Shown: positions 19,643 to 29,310, counted from the stretch's first letter. The stretch: 64,000 bases of DNA from a virus (IMGVR_UViG_3300024255_001563:32001-96000), one strand, 5' to 3'. Translations and numbers: made by a program. The notes: generated by a model not told the origin, from the sequence alone.

Positions 19643-20823
19643 GTTATGCTTCCTGTATCTAATTCGACCCAGCTTCCGTTTTGATATGCTTCTATTTTAT
19701 TAGAAGTTGTATTATATATCATATCTCCATTTACTGAAATTAAACCATCTCTATCTGTATCACTAAAACTAGGCAATCTTAAAGGGCCGCCTGTAATAGA
19801 TACACCGTCGCCTGTACTTATTGTTAATCTTGCTGCTGTTTCTAATTCAGCATTTCCTATTCCTGTATTTTTTAATGAGCTTGTTTCTATTGTATTTGCA
19901 ATAAGATCTCCGAGTATTAAATCTGACCCGGATTGTATGCTAGGAGGATCTACAAAGGTTACTACTCCGCTACCGTTGGTTTGTAAAAATTGTCCAGTAT
20001 CACCGTCTGTTATTCCTAAATCAAAAAATTCAGTTGGCTTTGGTCTTACAAACGATCCGCTTGACTCTACATAAACATATAACAATTCGTCATCGCTATC
20101 AAACCATAAAGTGCCATTTGTAGCTTCAGATGGTTGAGACGGACTAACTGTAATATTTGCGCCGCTATCATCGTCGCCACCGCTGCCTGTTCCTGGCATA
20201 CTCACAGTTATAGTATTTCCCATAAGTGTATGATTTTGACACCAATAATAAAGTGTTTCAGGAGTTGAGGTTGTTACTGTAATTTGTACTTGTCTTGTTT
20301 TAGATCTTTGAAAATCTCTCCAATATTCTGCTTGTGTTACTTCTTCACCGTTTAGAATATATATTACATTTTCTAAATACGATGTGCCACCGCCGAGTTC
20401 ACCACTGGCGTTGTCTGAACTAAAATTTAACGGGTGTTGATTATTTGCGCCGCCTTCAGCATTTGGAAAATATACATTTGTTTGATCTGTTTGATCAAAA
20501 ACATAAGTGTAACCTACTACCATTGATATTGCTGGTTTATACTCTCCGTTTAGCACATACTTGTTACCGGAATCACCACCTTGTGGACCTGTAATAGTTA
20601 CATTATACTTTACAGTTGCTATCTCTTTTGCAGCAATATTTCTAGGTAACGCTTCGTCAGTGAGTACTTCAAATCCGCCTCGGTTTATAGTTCTGCCACT
20701 ATAAACTCTTAAAGTATTTGTTTCTTTACTAAAAAATACCTCACCGCTAGAACCTGTAGCTCTATCTAAAAATTCTTTTGCTCTAGGAATTATCCTTATA
20801 CGATCAACAATAGGTGATGCCAT
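19639..20823 (-). CDS. Putative virion structural protein with cupredoxin-like domain and C-terminal fibre module
   Basis: HPLNFS...LYYWCQNHTLMG; C-terminal GDMIYNTTSNKIEAYQNGSW; TAAATA 20847-20852; ATGA overlap with the protease gene. Confidence 0.7.
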   Translation of the reverse strand: MASPIVDRIRIIPRAKEFLDRATGSSGEVFFSKETNTLRVYSGRTINRGGFEVLTDEALPRNIAAKEIATVKYNVTITGPQGGDSGNKYVLNGEYKPAISMVVGYTYVFDQTDQTNVYFPNAEGGANNQHPLNFSSDNASGELGGGTSYLENVIYILNGEEVTQAEYWRDFQRSKTRQVQITVTTSTPETLYYWCQNHTLMGNTITVSMPGTGSGGDDDSGANITVSPSQPSEATNGTLWFDSDDELLYVYVESSGSFVRPKPTEFFDLGITDGDTGQFLQTNGSGVVTFVDPPSIQSGSDLILGDLIANTIETSSLKNTGIGNAELETAARLTISTGDGVSITGGPLRLPSFSDTDRDGLISVNGDMIYNTTSNKIEAYQNGSWVELDTGSIT

Positions 20824-20860
20824 CTATATTCTCCATTCGATACTATTATTTATCGTATAT

Positions 20861-22390
20861 TTAATCTAGTTGTCCTGTATATTCCCATAATATATTTTCT
20901 TGTTTAATAGTTTCTGTAAACTGATCAAATCTATAATTAGCACGATATATTCTTTCTACTCTATCATGTAATTCTTTAAGTTCTTGCTGTGCTTGATTTA
21001 TACTAAAATCGTTTAGATATTTCGAACAAACTTCAGGTGAAAGTTGACCAGTTTGTATTAATATATAGCTCCACAATTGCCATCCTGCTGCTCCAGGATA
21101 TGACGGAAAATCATAAAGTGTTGGCATTTTAGTTTTACACATTTCTCGAATCATTTTTGAAAATTCTGTTTCAATTGCACCGCTTGTAATGTATTTCCAA
21201 AATTCACTATCTGTACGCCCGCCCATATAATGCGCTACAAGAAAATCTTTAAAATCGTCAAACATTTTGTTTACTCTTTTATTGTATGCTTTAATACATG
21301 CAGGATTTAAAGTTGTTTCTAAATCATCTTTTAAGTATTCAAATGCAAAGTATTTAAGTTGTACAATTGCACCATGAATTGAAGTTGCTTCTAAAGGTTC
21401 TGCAAAAGTACTACTAAGCCCAATGGTTAAACAATTCTTAACCCATGTATTTTCTAGTCTTCCAGTATCAAAAGTAAATGGATCTCTTAATGGTTCAATT
21501 TTTCTACCAAGAGTTTTCTCAATTTCATTTAACGCTTCGTCGTCACTTATAAAATCACTACAATATGTATAGCCGCAGCCTTTCCTTGTTTGTATAGAAG
21601 CTTGCCACATCCAGCCAGCTGATAGCGCCTGAGCTTCTGTATAAGGATCTGGTTTTGTAGTGTCGTCGTACTGTAAGAAGAAAGGTATAGCTCTGTCAAC
21701 AGGTAAATTTTCTTTATAACAAATCCACTTTGTTCCTAATTTATTAGCTAGTATTCGTCTAAATCCTGAACAATCTATATAAAAATCAGAGTCTATAATT
21801 GTCTCATTATCTAATATCAGCTTGTCTATTCTTCCCTTTTCGTCTTGTGTTACTTCATTTATTATTGCATCAATTAATTCAACATTTTCGTAACGTGTGC
21901 AAACTTTTTGTAAGTAATCAGCTACTAGTCTTGCATCAAAATGCCATGCATGTGTCTGTTCTTCGTAAGTTCCTGTTCTTTTAAGTATAGGTGATGTTCT
22001 AGCTTCCATCAAACACCCAAAATATGTACCTCTATGTAAATTTTGTTTATCGTTTACTGCTAAGAATGAAGTTACACTATCAAGTAAATTCAAAGCAGTT
22101 GGAGTTCCGTCTATCGGCGCAAAGTAATTATAATCCTTTACCCAATCTTTATGCAATATGCCATACTTAGGCATTGCGGCTGTCTTTCTTATAAAATCTA
22201 ATGGATCAATACCAAAGTCACCGTAAGTTCCTAATATAAAATCCATTAGTTCTCCAGTTACTCCTTCACCGGCTCCGAGTATTCCGATTTTACTTGACGC
22301 AACTATTTTAATTTTTGCATTTGAATTATGTGCTAAAAATAAAGCCGATATCCATCCTGCTGTTCCACCGCCGACTACTGTAATTTCCAT
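20861..22390 (-). CDS. Flavin-dependent halogenase, tryptophan halogenase (PrnA) family
   Basis: VVGGGTAGW, GAGEG, catalytic-Lys segment PKYGI..KDW, IDCSGF, FAEPLEATSI; WMWQAS in place of WxWxIP. Confidence 0.85.
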   Translation of the reverse strand: MEITVVGGGTAGWISALFLAHNSNAKIKIVASSKIGILGAGEGVTGELMDFILGTYGDFGIDPLDFIRKTAAMPKYGILHKDWVKDYNYFAPIDGTPTALNLLDSVTSFLAVNDKQNLHRGTYFGCLMEARTSPILKRTGTYEEQTHAWHFDARLVADYLQKVCTRYENVELIDAIINEVTQDEKGRIDKLILDNETIIDSDFYIDCSGFRRILANKLGTKWICYKENLPVDRAIPFFLQYDDTTKPDPYTEAQALSAGWMWQASIQTRKGCGYTYCSDFISDDEALNEIEKTLGRKIEPLRDPFTFDTGRLENTWVKNCLTIGLSSTFAEPLEATSIHGAIVQLKYFAFEYLKDDLETTLNPACIKAYNKRVNKMFDDFKDFLVAHYMGGRTDSEFWKYITSGAIETEFSKMIREMCKTKMPTLYDFPSYPGAAGWQLWSYILIQTGQLSPEVCSKYLNDFSINQAQQELKELHDRVERIYRANYRFDQFTETIKQENILWEYTGQLD

Positions 22391-22405
22391 AAATTATCCT
22401 TTATA

Positions 22406-22453
22406 TAAATATGTATCTAAAAAATTAACTGGGTACTTTATTTATGGTAAATA
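22406..22453. promoter_or_regulatory. Cluster of divergent late promoter hexamers driving the halogenase units
   Basis: TATAAATA 22404-22411 (+), TATTTA 22439-22444 (TAAATA on -), TAAATA 22448-22453 (+). Confidence 0.7.
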
Positions 22454-22470
22454 CTCTGCAAGGAGTTCAT

Positions 22471-23070
22471 ATGGAATTAAATTTTGAATATCTTTTTTCA
22501 ACATATCTATCTACTTTAAAAAATCTTAATATCGACAATGATTCTTTAGAAGAGTATGCATACTTGCAAAGAGAAAAAGATAACGGTGTAGAAAAAAGTA
22601 ATTGGAAGGGCTGGCAAAGCGATACTTTAGAAGAACAAAATTCTGAAGTTGAAAAGCTATGTTCTATAATAGAAGACGCATGTAATGAATTAAAAAATAA
22701 CTTAGGATTTAAAAAACACTTAATTCCAAAAATAAACAATATATGGCTCAATATTAATTCTAACGGATCTTTTAATCGTCCACATTTACATCCTGGTAGT
22801 ATATTTTCTGGAACGTATTATATAAAAAAATCAGCAGAGGATGGAAATATAGTATTTACTACACCTTGTGTACAGCAACAATATCATATAGAAAAAGAGT
22901 TAATAGACCAATTTAATCCTACAACATCAAGTGTATATAGTATTCCCACAGACCCGGGTACAATGATACTATTTCCGTCATGGGCAGAGCATTTTGTTGA
23001 ACCCAACAACACAGATGTAGATAGAATTTCTATTGCGTTTAACGTAGCATTATTAGAGGATAACACATGA
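22471..23070 (+). CDS. 2OG-Fe(II) oxygenase (TIGR02466-like, HxH type); start revised from 22444
   Basis: GWQS, WLNIN..GSFNRPHLHPGS.FSGTYY, LFPSWAEHFVEPN, RISIAFN; AAGGAG SD before 22471. Confidence 0.85.
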   Translation: MELNFEYLFSTYLSTLKNLNIDNDSLEEYAYLQREKDNGVEKSNWKGWQSDTLEEQNSEVEKLCSIIEDACNELKNNLGFKKHLIPKINNIWLNINSNGSFNRPHLHPGSIFSGTYYIKKSAEDGNIVFTTPCVQQQYHIEKELIDQFNPTTSSVYSIPTDPGTMILFPSWAEHFVEPNNTDVDRISIAFNVALLEDNT

Positions 23071-24548
23071 AAAATTTAGTGATCGCAGGCGGCGGCTCTG
23101 CGGGCTGGTTAACAGCACTTTTTGTAAAACAACTTTTTCCAGATCATAATGTAACGTTAGTACAAAGTAGCGAAATAGGAACTATCGGCGTCGGTGAAGC
23201 AACTACTCCTCATCTACCAAATTTTCTTGATAGTTTAAAAATACATCCTGTAGATATAATACCGCATATTAAAGGCAGTATAAAAAATGGTATCAGTTTT
23301 GAGAATTGGAATGGCGATAATAAAAAATATATGCATGCATTTCATGATAAAATTATAGATTTTCAAATTCCTAATATATTTGATCGTAACTGTACTGATT
23401 ATCATCATAGAGAAATAATTTCAAAAAAATTATCTATGAAAGAATATCTTTATCAACAAAAAATAGCATATGAAAATAAAGTAGATATCGAAAATGTAAA
23501 TTGGGCATTGCACTTTGATGCAAAAGAGTTTGCTAATTATTTGCAAAAAATAGCAATAGATAGAAATATAAAATTAATAGATGATGAAATAGTAGGGTTT
23601 GAAAATGATGAAAAAAACTTTATTACAAAAGTAATACTAAAAAATAATAGAAGTGTAAGCTGTGATTTTATATTCGATTGTACTGGATTTAGAAGAGAAA
23701 TAATAGGAAAGTTTTACAAAGAAAAATGGAAGAGTTATAGATCTTACATGCCTATGAAAAAAGGCATTCCATTTTGGCTAGAATCAAAAGAAAGTTTGCC
23801 ATCATATACTTCTAGTATTGCATTGAAAAATGGATGGAGTTGGCAAATACCGCTGCCTCATAGAACTGGTAGTGGTTATATTTTTGATTCTGATTACATA
23901 AGTGTAGACGAAGCACTAAATGAAGCAGAAGAATTCTATAAACAAAAACTGGAAGTAAGAAAAGTAATAGATTTTGATCCTGGAAGATTTGAAAATCTTT
24001 GGATTAAAAACTGCATTGCTGTTGGATTATCAGGCAGTTTTTTAGAACCTTTAGAATCAACCTCTATTTGGCAAACTATTGATCAATTAGAAACGTTAAA
24101 ACATTTCTTAAACGTCCTTACAAAAGACGAAAATGATTCAAGAAGTTTGTATAATGAAATGATGAATAACAGTATTGATCATAAAAGTTATTTTATATAT
24201 CTTCATTATTACACGAAAAGATCAGATAGTGATTTTTGGAAAGAATTTAAAGAAAAAAATCCTATGCCAGAAGAACTAAAAAATCTTTATAATTCTCTAA
24301 AAGATGGAAGCTTTAGATATTTCGATATGTTAAATCACAAAACTCCAGGAACATTTGCAGTATCAAGTTTTACACAAGTAGGATACGGGCTTAATATGAT
24401 TGACAATCTAGATAATTCAGTATATAATAAAATTCAACCTTCTGTAGAAGAATATAAAAATATAATTAATTATCATAATGATATGATTGCGATAGACCAT
24501 AGACATTTTTTAGAAAGACAATATGAAAATATTAGGAATAAATTTTAA
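23067..24548 (+). CDS. Flavin-dependent halogenase, tryptophan halogenase (PrnA) family
   Basis: IAGGGSAGW, IGVGEATTP, IKNGISFENW, FDCTGF, WSWQIP, FLEPLESTSI. Confidence 0.9.
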   Translation: MKNLVIAGGGSAGWLTALFVKQLFPDHNVTLVQSSEIGTIGVGEATTPHLPNFLDSLKIHPVDIIPHIKGSIKNGISFENWNGDNKKYMHAFHDKIIDFQIPNIFDRNCTDYHHREIISKKLSMKEYLYQQKIAYENKVDIENVNWALHFDAKEFANYLQKIAIDRNIKLIDDEIVGFENDEKNFITKVILKNNRSVSCDFIFDCTGFRREIIGKFYKEKWKSYRSYMPMKKGIPFWLESKESLPSYTSSIALKNGWSWQIPLPHRTGSGYIFDSDYISVDEALNEAEEFYKQKLEVRKVIDFDPGRFENLWIKNCIAVGLSGSFLEPLESTSIWQTIDQLETLKHFLNVLTKDENDSRSLYNEMMNNSIDHKSYFIYLHYYTKRSDSDFWKEFKEKNPMPEELKNLYNSLKDGSFRYFDMLNHKTPGTFAVSSFTQVGYGLNMIDNLDNSVYNKIQPSVEEYKNIINYHNDMIAIDHRHFLERQYENIRNKF

Positions 24549-26235
24549 TTCACATTGTTCTGCTTGTCTAATAGTAGATAATGAATTAATATATTTTAAT
24601 CAAGAAGAAAGACTATCTAGATTAAAAAACGATAGCGGTATTCCTTATCTTTGTCTAGAAGAAATAAAAAAAATAGAAACAAAAATAGATTTATTACTTG
24701 TAACAGGTTATAATTATAATATTAATAATGGTTTTTATTTGTTAAACTTTCTTAATAAAAGCGGTTTTAATATAGAAGGGTGGTACGGTTATTATAAATC
24801 ACACCATTTAGTTCATGCTGCAAAGGCTGTAAACGATAGCGGATTCGATGATGCTCTTGTGTTTGTACAAGATGGAAAAGGATCATCGTATATGCTATCA
24901 AACGGTTATGAAAGTATAGAAACTACTAGTATATTTGAGTATTCAAAAGATAAAGGCTTTTCTTGTGTTTATAAAAATTTGTTTTCTCACTATCATACAG
25001 CAAGAAATTTAGAAGTTGGAACAGATATATTTCCTATTATAGATCACGAATATGAAAAGGCTTATGCGTTTCCAACAGATCGCCTGTATGAAGATACAAA
25101 ATTTAACATTTCTAATCACTTCGATTTAGGATTATTATATACTATAACAGGACAGTGTTGCGGATTTACTGATGATGGCGGCAAATTAATGGGACTTCAA
25201 AGTTACGGAACTAACGACAGCGAATTACCAGATGTACTCTTTGATGATTATAAAATTAACATGGACAGTTTTATACTAGATCAGTCTAATATATATAATA
25301 ACGAATTTAACTATAAAAAATATCCATATCTAGCAATAGAACAAAAGAAGAAAAACTTTGCCTATAAAGTACAAAAATCTTTTGAAGAGAAACAACATAA
25401 TTTAATATCAAAATATCTAAAGGAAACAGGAAAAAAGAATTTAGTAATGTCTGGAGGAACTGCATTAAATGTAGTAGGAAATGGTAAACTGTTATCTAAA
25501 TTAGACTCTGATATTAATATTTTTATTGAACCTGTATGCGGCGATGAAGGTAATAGTATAGGAATTTGCAATCTGTATCTATTAGAAGACAACATAAAGA
25601 CATCTTTCAGTATTTACAATTGTGGGACAGATCCCGAATACAATTATAATTTACTTGATTTTGAATCTGAAAAAAAAGTTACTGATCAAGATATTGCTGA
25701 ACTTATTGCCAAAGGCGCAATTGTATCGTATTTCCACGGAAAGGGAGAAGCTGGTCCTAGAGCATTAGGAAATAGAAGTTTATTATTTAATCCTAGTATA
25801 ATAGATGGTAAAGATATAGTTAATCAAGTAAAAGGAAGAGAAAGCTTTAGACCGTTTGCATGTAGTATACTTGAAGAACATGCAAAAAACTGGTTTGACT
25901 TTAAAGGTCAAAATTCTTCCCCTTATATGATGTTTGCCCTTGAGTGCAATAAAGATGTAGAAAAAATAATTCCTAGTGTAATACACGTTGATGGAACTTG
26001 TAGAGTACAAACTGTAAATATAGAACAAAATAAAAATTATTATAATTTAATTAACGAGTTTTATAAAATTACAAATATTCCTTTACTTTTTAATACATCA
26101 TTTAATCTAGCAGGCGATCCTATTGTGCATACAGTACAAGACGCATTAGAATCTATAAGAAATAGTAAAATAGAATATTTATATCTACCCGAAATTAACA
26201 CCTTAATACATAGTGAGAACCTTTATGAAAACTAA
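24523..26235 (+). CDS. Carbamoyltransferase (NodU/CmcH/TobZ family)
   Basis: EERLSRLK, HHLVHA, DGKG, GKLMGL.SYG, GGTALN, GDEG..IG, GPRALGNRS, RESFRPFA, HVDGTCRVQTV, NTSFN. Confidence 0.9.
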   Translation: MKILGINFNSHCSACLIVDNELIYFNQEERLSRLKNDSGIPYLCLEEIKKIETKIDLLLVTGYNYNINNGFYLLNFLNKSGFNIEGWYGYYKSHHLVHAAKAVNDSGFDDALVFVQDGKGSSYMLSNGYESIETTSIFEYSKDKGFSCVYKNLFSHYHTARNLEVGTDIFPIIDHEYEKAYAFPTDRLYEDTKFNISNHFDLGLLYTITGQCCGFTDDGGKLMGLQSYGTNDSELPDVLFDDYKINMDSFILDQSNIYNNEFNYKKYPYLAIEQKKKNFAYKVQKSFEEKQHNLISKYLKETGKKNLVMSGGTALNVVGNGKLLSKLDSDINIFIEPVCGDEGNSIGICNLYLLEDNIKTSFSIYNCGTDPEYNYNLLDFESEKKVTDQDIAELIAKGAIVSYFHGKGEAGPRALGNRSLLFNPSIIDGKDIVNQVKGRESFRPFACSILEEHAKNWFDFKGQNSSPYMMFALECNKDVEKIIPSVIHVDGTCRVQTVNIEQNKNYYNLINEFYKITNIPLLFNTSFNLAGDPIVHTVQDALESIRNSKIEYLYLPEINTLIHSENLYEN

Positions 26236-26842
26236 TTATATTATAATTGACGATTTTTACGATAATCCCTGGGAAATAAGACAACGTGCTTTAGAATTAG
26301 AATATAAAAAACTAGAAGGTTCTACATATCCTGGTTTAAATTCTTTAGGATTTTTATACAATGATGAAATGCATAAAAATATTGAAGGCATCTTAAATAC
26401 AAAATTAGAAAATCCAAGAGACATGCAAGCTGGATATTTTCGTATTTCTCACGAAGATGCAGATGCTGCACAAGATATACATATAGATCCCGACTTTGAC
26501 TATGGAGGTGTATTGTTTTTAAATCCGCCTAATCAATGTACAAACGATGCTGGTACTAGTTTTTATACACACAAAATATTAGGAATCGACAAAGGTCCAA
26601 AAAATTTAGAAGAAGTTAAACAACTAGGATTTCCAGGTTATGAAAATTTTGTAAACGAAATGATTTATGGCGATTGTCTTGATAGGTCAAAATGGGAACG
26701 ATATTGCAGAATACCTTACAAATTTAATAGACTGGTATTATTTGATAGCCATTTATGGCATAGTCATGGAGTTAATTTTGGAAATAATTTACAAAATTCT
26801 AGATTAGTACAATTATTTTTTTATAAAAGGTTAAAAAAGTAA
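26225..26842 (+). CDS. DUF6445-like 2OG-Fe(II) oxygenase-fold protein (alternative GTG start at 26213)
   Basis: IIIDDFY.NP, YPG, IHID, GGVLFLNP, GTSFY, FNRLVLFD..LWHS. Confidence 0.7.
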   Translation: MKTNYIIIDDFYDNPWEIRQRALELEYKKLEGSTYPGLNSLGFLYNDEMHKNIEGILNTKLENPRDMQAGYFRISHEDADAAQDIHIDPDFDYGGVLFLNPPNQCTNDAGTSFYTHKILGIDKGPKNLEEVKQLGFPGYENFVNEMIYGDCLDRSKWERYCRIPYKFNRLVLFDSHLWHSHGVNFGNNLQNSRLVQLFFYKRLKK

Positions 26843-26843
26843 A

Positions 26844-27410
26844 TTAGTATACCCATGAAACATAACTATATCTAGTTCCTTTTGTTACTGGTTCTACTTT
26901 GTGAGGATACATAAAGTTACTAGGAAAAATTAAAACGGCGCCTGGAGGAATATCTATTACCGTATCCCACATAACAAACTCGCCACCTTCGTAATCATTA
27001 TTTAACCCGCCTACTATACTTAAAATTGGTATTCCGTTTATACCAGGCCCAAAAAGATCATGTATATGATCACAATGTAACTTCATTTTTTTCTTTTCAC
27101 TATACCGATTAAATCTTAACGGACTGTATCCACGCCACCCTGCAAACCATTTATGATCTAAATCATTAATAATATAATTTTCTAAGGCTTTGTAAAGATT
27201 ATCTTGTATTGTTTGTTTTTCTTTTATATCACTCCAAGACATTTGTAAATCATCTACAAACGTAACTCTTTCTTGTGTTGTATTATTATTAAAATAATGA
27301 TCTTCCCATAGCTCATCATTTTTCAAACTTTTTACTGTATTATTACAAGTATCTTCATCAATAATATTTTCATAAACTTTTATATATTTGTCAATTGTAT
27401 TGTTAATCAT
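26844..27410 (-). CDS. 2OG-Fe(II) oxygenase, prolyl-4-hydroxylase-like
   Basis: HCD, LN.DYEGGEF, FPSNFMYPHKVEPVTKGTRYS. Confidence 0.9.
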   Translation of the reverse strand: MINNTIDKYIKVYENIIDEDTCNNTVKSLKNDELWEDHYFNNNTTQERVTFVDDLQMSWSDIKEKQTIQDNLYKALENYIINDLDHKWFAGWRGYSPLRFNRYSEKKKMKLHCDHIHDLFGPGINGIPILSIVGGLNNDYEGGEFVMWDTVIDIPPGAVLIFPSNFMYPHKVEPVTKGTRYSYVSWVY

Positions 27411-28024
27411 ACGTTTAGCTCCGATAAAAAGAATTCGCTTCCGATTGAACCTTTTATAAATGTATTAAATGATAAACTCATTCTAGATTCCCTTTCTTGA
27501 TCTTCTTGCACAATATCTACATAATGTAAAAGACTGCTCGGAAATAATACTAACATTCCTGTGCTTACAGGATAATACCAGGTGCTAGCATTATGAATAT
27601 TATAAGTAACAGGTTCAATTTCTAGAGGATTAAAAATGCCTTTATCAAACCATATACTATCTGTATTTGGATTTGCACTAATATAATATACTCCACTTAC
27701 GAGACTGTTGGTATGAGCATGTTTATGATGCATTTCTCCTGGAAAAGTTTTATTACACCACGACTGTGTTATATGTAAAGATACCTGGTTATTAGGTTGA
27801 TAAACTTCCTTAAAATAAAACTGAACATGCTTGTCAATTTCATTACGCAAAGTAGAAAGTTCTTTTCTTTCTAGAAGGTATGAATCTACTGATCTATGAT
27901 TAAACTTATTTTGTTGAAAATCTTGAGATTTTATAAAATTAAATTCGTCTTGATGTGGTATGTAGTCTAACCCTGTTGTATAAACAGGTGTTGGAAATAA
28001 ATTATGTATGTTTGTATCTGCCAT
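27407..28024 (-). CDS. 2OG-Fe(II) oxygenase (TIGR02466-like, HxH type)
   Basis: LFPTPVY, SWCN....MHHKHAHTNSLVSGVYY, LFPSSLLHYV, RMSLSFN. Confidence 0.85.
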   Translation of the reverse strand: MADTNIHNLFPTPVYTTGLDYIPHQDEFNFIKSQDFQQNKFNHRSVDSYLLERKELSTLRNEIDKHVQFYFKEVYQPNNQVSLHITQSWCNKTFPGEMHHKHAHTNSLVSGVYYISANPNTDSIWFDKGIFNPLEIEPVTYNIHNASTWYYPVSTGMLVLFPSSLLHYVDIVQEDQERESRMSLSFNTFIKGSIGSEFFLSELNV

Positions 28025-28029
28025 AAAAT

Positions 28030-28058
28030 TATTTAGTTATATATGTATATTATAAATA
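28030..28058. promoter_or_regulatory. Divergent late promoters, each 5 nt before an SD-less ATG
   Basis: TATTTA 28030-28035 with ATG at 28024 (-); TAAATA 28053-28058 with ATG at 28064 (+). Confidence 0.75.
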
Positions 28059-28063
28059 CTTTT

Positions 28064-28576
28064 ATGAATGTAATTGATAATTTTTTAGACAAAAAAGAAT
28101 TCCAACAAATACAAGATATTTGTTTAGGGGCAAACTTTCCGTGGTTCTGTAATAGTAATATTGTTCGTCCTGAAAATAAAGATGAATTTCTTAATTTTTA
28201 TAATTATCAATTTACGCACACTTTATATCGAGATTATTCCCCTTGTAGTAACTATTTCAATGATATTTGCGATCCTTTATTTTTCAAGATTAATCCTGCA
28301 TCAATTATGAGAGTAAAAGCAAATCTTATACCGAGAGCAGATAAAAATGTAATACACGAGTATCATGAAGACATTACAAATTTTAAAGGAAAGACTGCTA
28401 TCTACTATGTAAACACTAATGATGGTAAGACATATTTTAAAGACCATCAATCTGTCGAGGCTGTAGAAAATAGATTAGTAATATTTGATAGTAATCTATT
28501 ACATACAGGCAGTACGTGTACAGATCAGCGCACTCGAGTTGTTTTAAATTTAAATTATTTCGAATGGAATAATTAA
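28064..28576 (+). CDS. 2OG-Fe(II) oxygenase; start revised from 28043
   Basis: VIDNFL, RVKANL, HED, TAIYYVN.NDG.T, ENRLVIFD..LLHTG, RVVLNLNY. Confidence 0.8.
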   Translation: MNVIDNFLDKKEFQQIQDICLGANFPWFCNSNIVRPENKDEFLNFYNYQFTHTLYRDYSPCSNYFNDICDPLFFKINPASIMRVKANLIPRADKNVIHEYHEDITNFKGKTAIYYVNTNDGKTYFKDHQSVEAVENRLVIFDSNLLHTGSTCTDQRTRVVLNLNYFEWNN

Positions 28577-29224
28577 TTAAACAAATCTAGGTCCTCTTAC
28601 CCAAATAACTATTGATTTTCGAACACCTTTTGTTACAGGTGCAACTCTATGCATTACAAAAGACGGAAATAAGATACATTGTCCTTTTGCACAAGGTACT
28701 ATGTCATTCTTTGGATCTGAAGTTCTTCCCATCATAAACTCGCCACCTTCAAAATCGACACCGGGTTCGTTTAATAATAATGTTAATGATAATTTACGTT
28801 GATGAGGATCTAGTTGCTGTTGACCTGTTTCTAAATCAATATGCCAGTCATATGTGCCGTTATCTTCAGCATGATATTCTGTATATTGAAATGCTTCGTA
28901 TCCATTTAAATCAAAGTTATAAAAATCTTCATTTACAGCTTCGATTATACTATTTAATCTTTGGAATATAAAATTATTATCTTCGTTCGGAAACTGCCAT
29001 CCAAGTTTAGATCTTCTAACGTCTTCTAATTTTCTTCCGTCCTGTTTAGCTGGATCATTATCTCTGTTTCCAACTTTTCCATCTTCAAGCTTTTGTGATG
29101 ACATTAATACTTGAATTTTTTCTAATTCTTCGTTAGAAAAAGACTCCATCCAATAACAGTACGGAGAAAAATATTGTGATCGTTGTATGGGGTTGTTTAT
29201 TAGTCTTTTAAATCTGCCAGACAT
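28577..29224 (-). CDS. 2OG-Fe(II) oxygenase, PKHD/prolyl-hydroxylase-like
   Basis: QYTEY....YDWHID, RKLSLTLLLN...FEGGEF, FPSFVMHRVAPVTKGVRKSIVIW. Confidence 0.9.
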   Translation of the reverse strand: MSGRFKRLINNPIQRSQYFSPYCYWMESFSNEELEKIQVLMSSQKLEDGKVGNRDNDPAKQDGRKLEDVRRSKLGWQFPNEDNNFIFQRLNSIIEAVNEDFYNFDLNGYEAFQYTEYHAEDNGTYDWHIDLETGQQQLDPHQRKLSLTLLLNEPGVDFEGGEFMMGRTSDPKNDIVPCAKGQCILFPSFVMHRVAPVTKGVRKSIVIWVRGPRFV

Positions 29225-29302
29225 CCTCTAAATCCTTTTTTTTAATACTAGTAGTAATTATCGTTTTATACTTACATGTATTATTAAACTGGATTTAGAG
29301 GA
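29224..29302 (-). promoter_or_regulatory. 12-bp perfect inverted repeat covering SD and start, flanking a TAATTA promoter variant
   Basis: TCCTCTAAATCC 29224-29235 and GGATTTAGAGGA 29291-29302; TAATTA 29255-29260. Confidence 0.55.
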
Positions 29303-29310
29303 CTAGATTT

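Noticed and set aside
21360-24070. TSI instead of PrnA TGI at the halide-binding loop in both halogenases
   Set aside because: As I recall, TSI is widespread among bacterial Trp-halogenase homologues, so it is not evidence of novelty.
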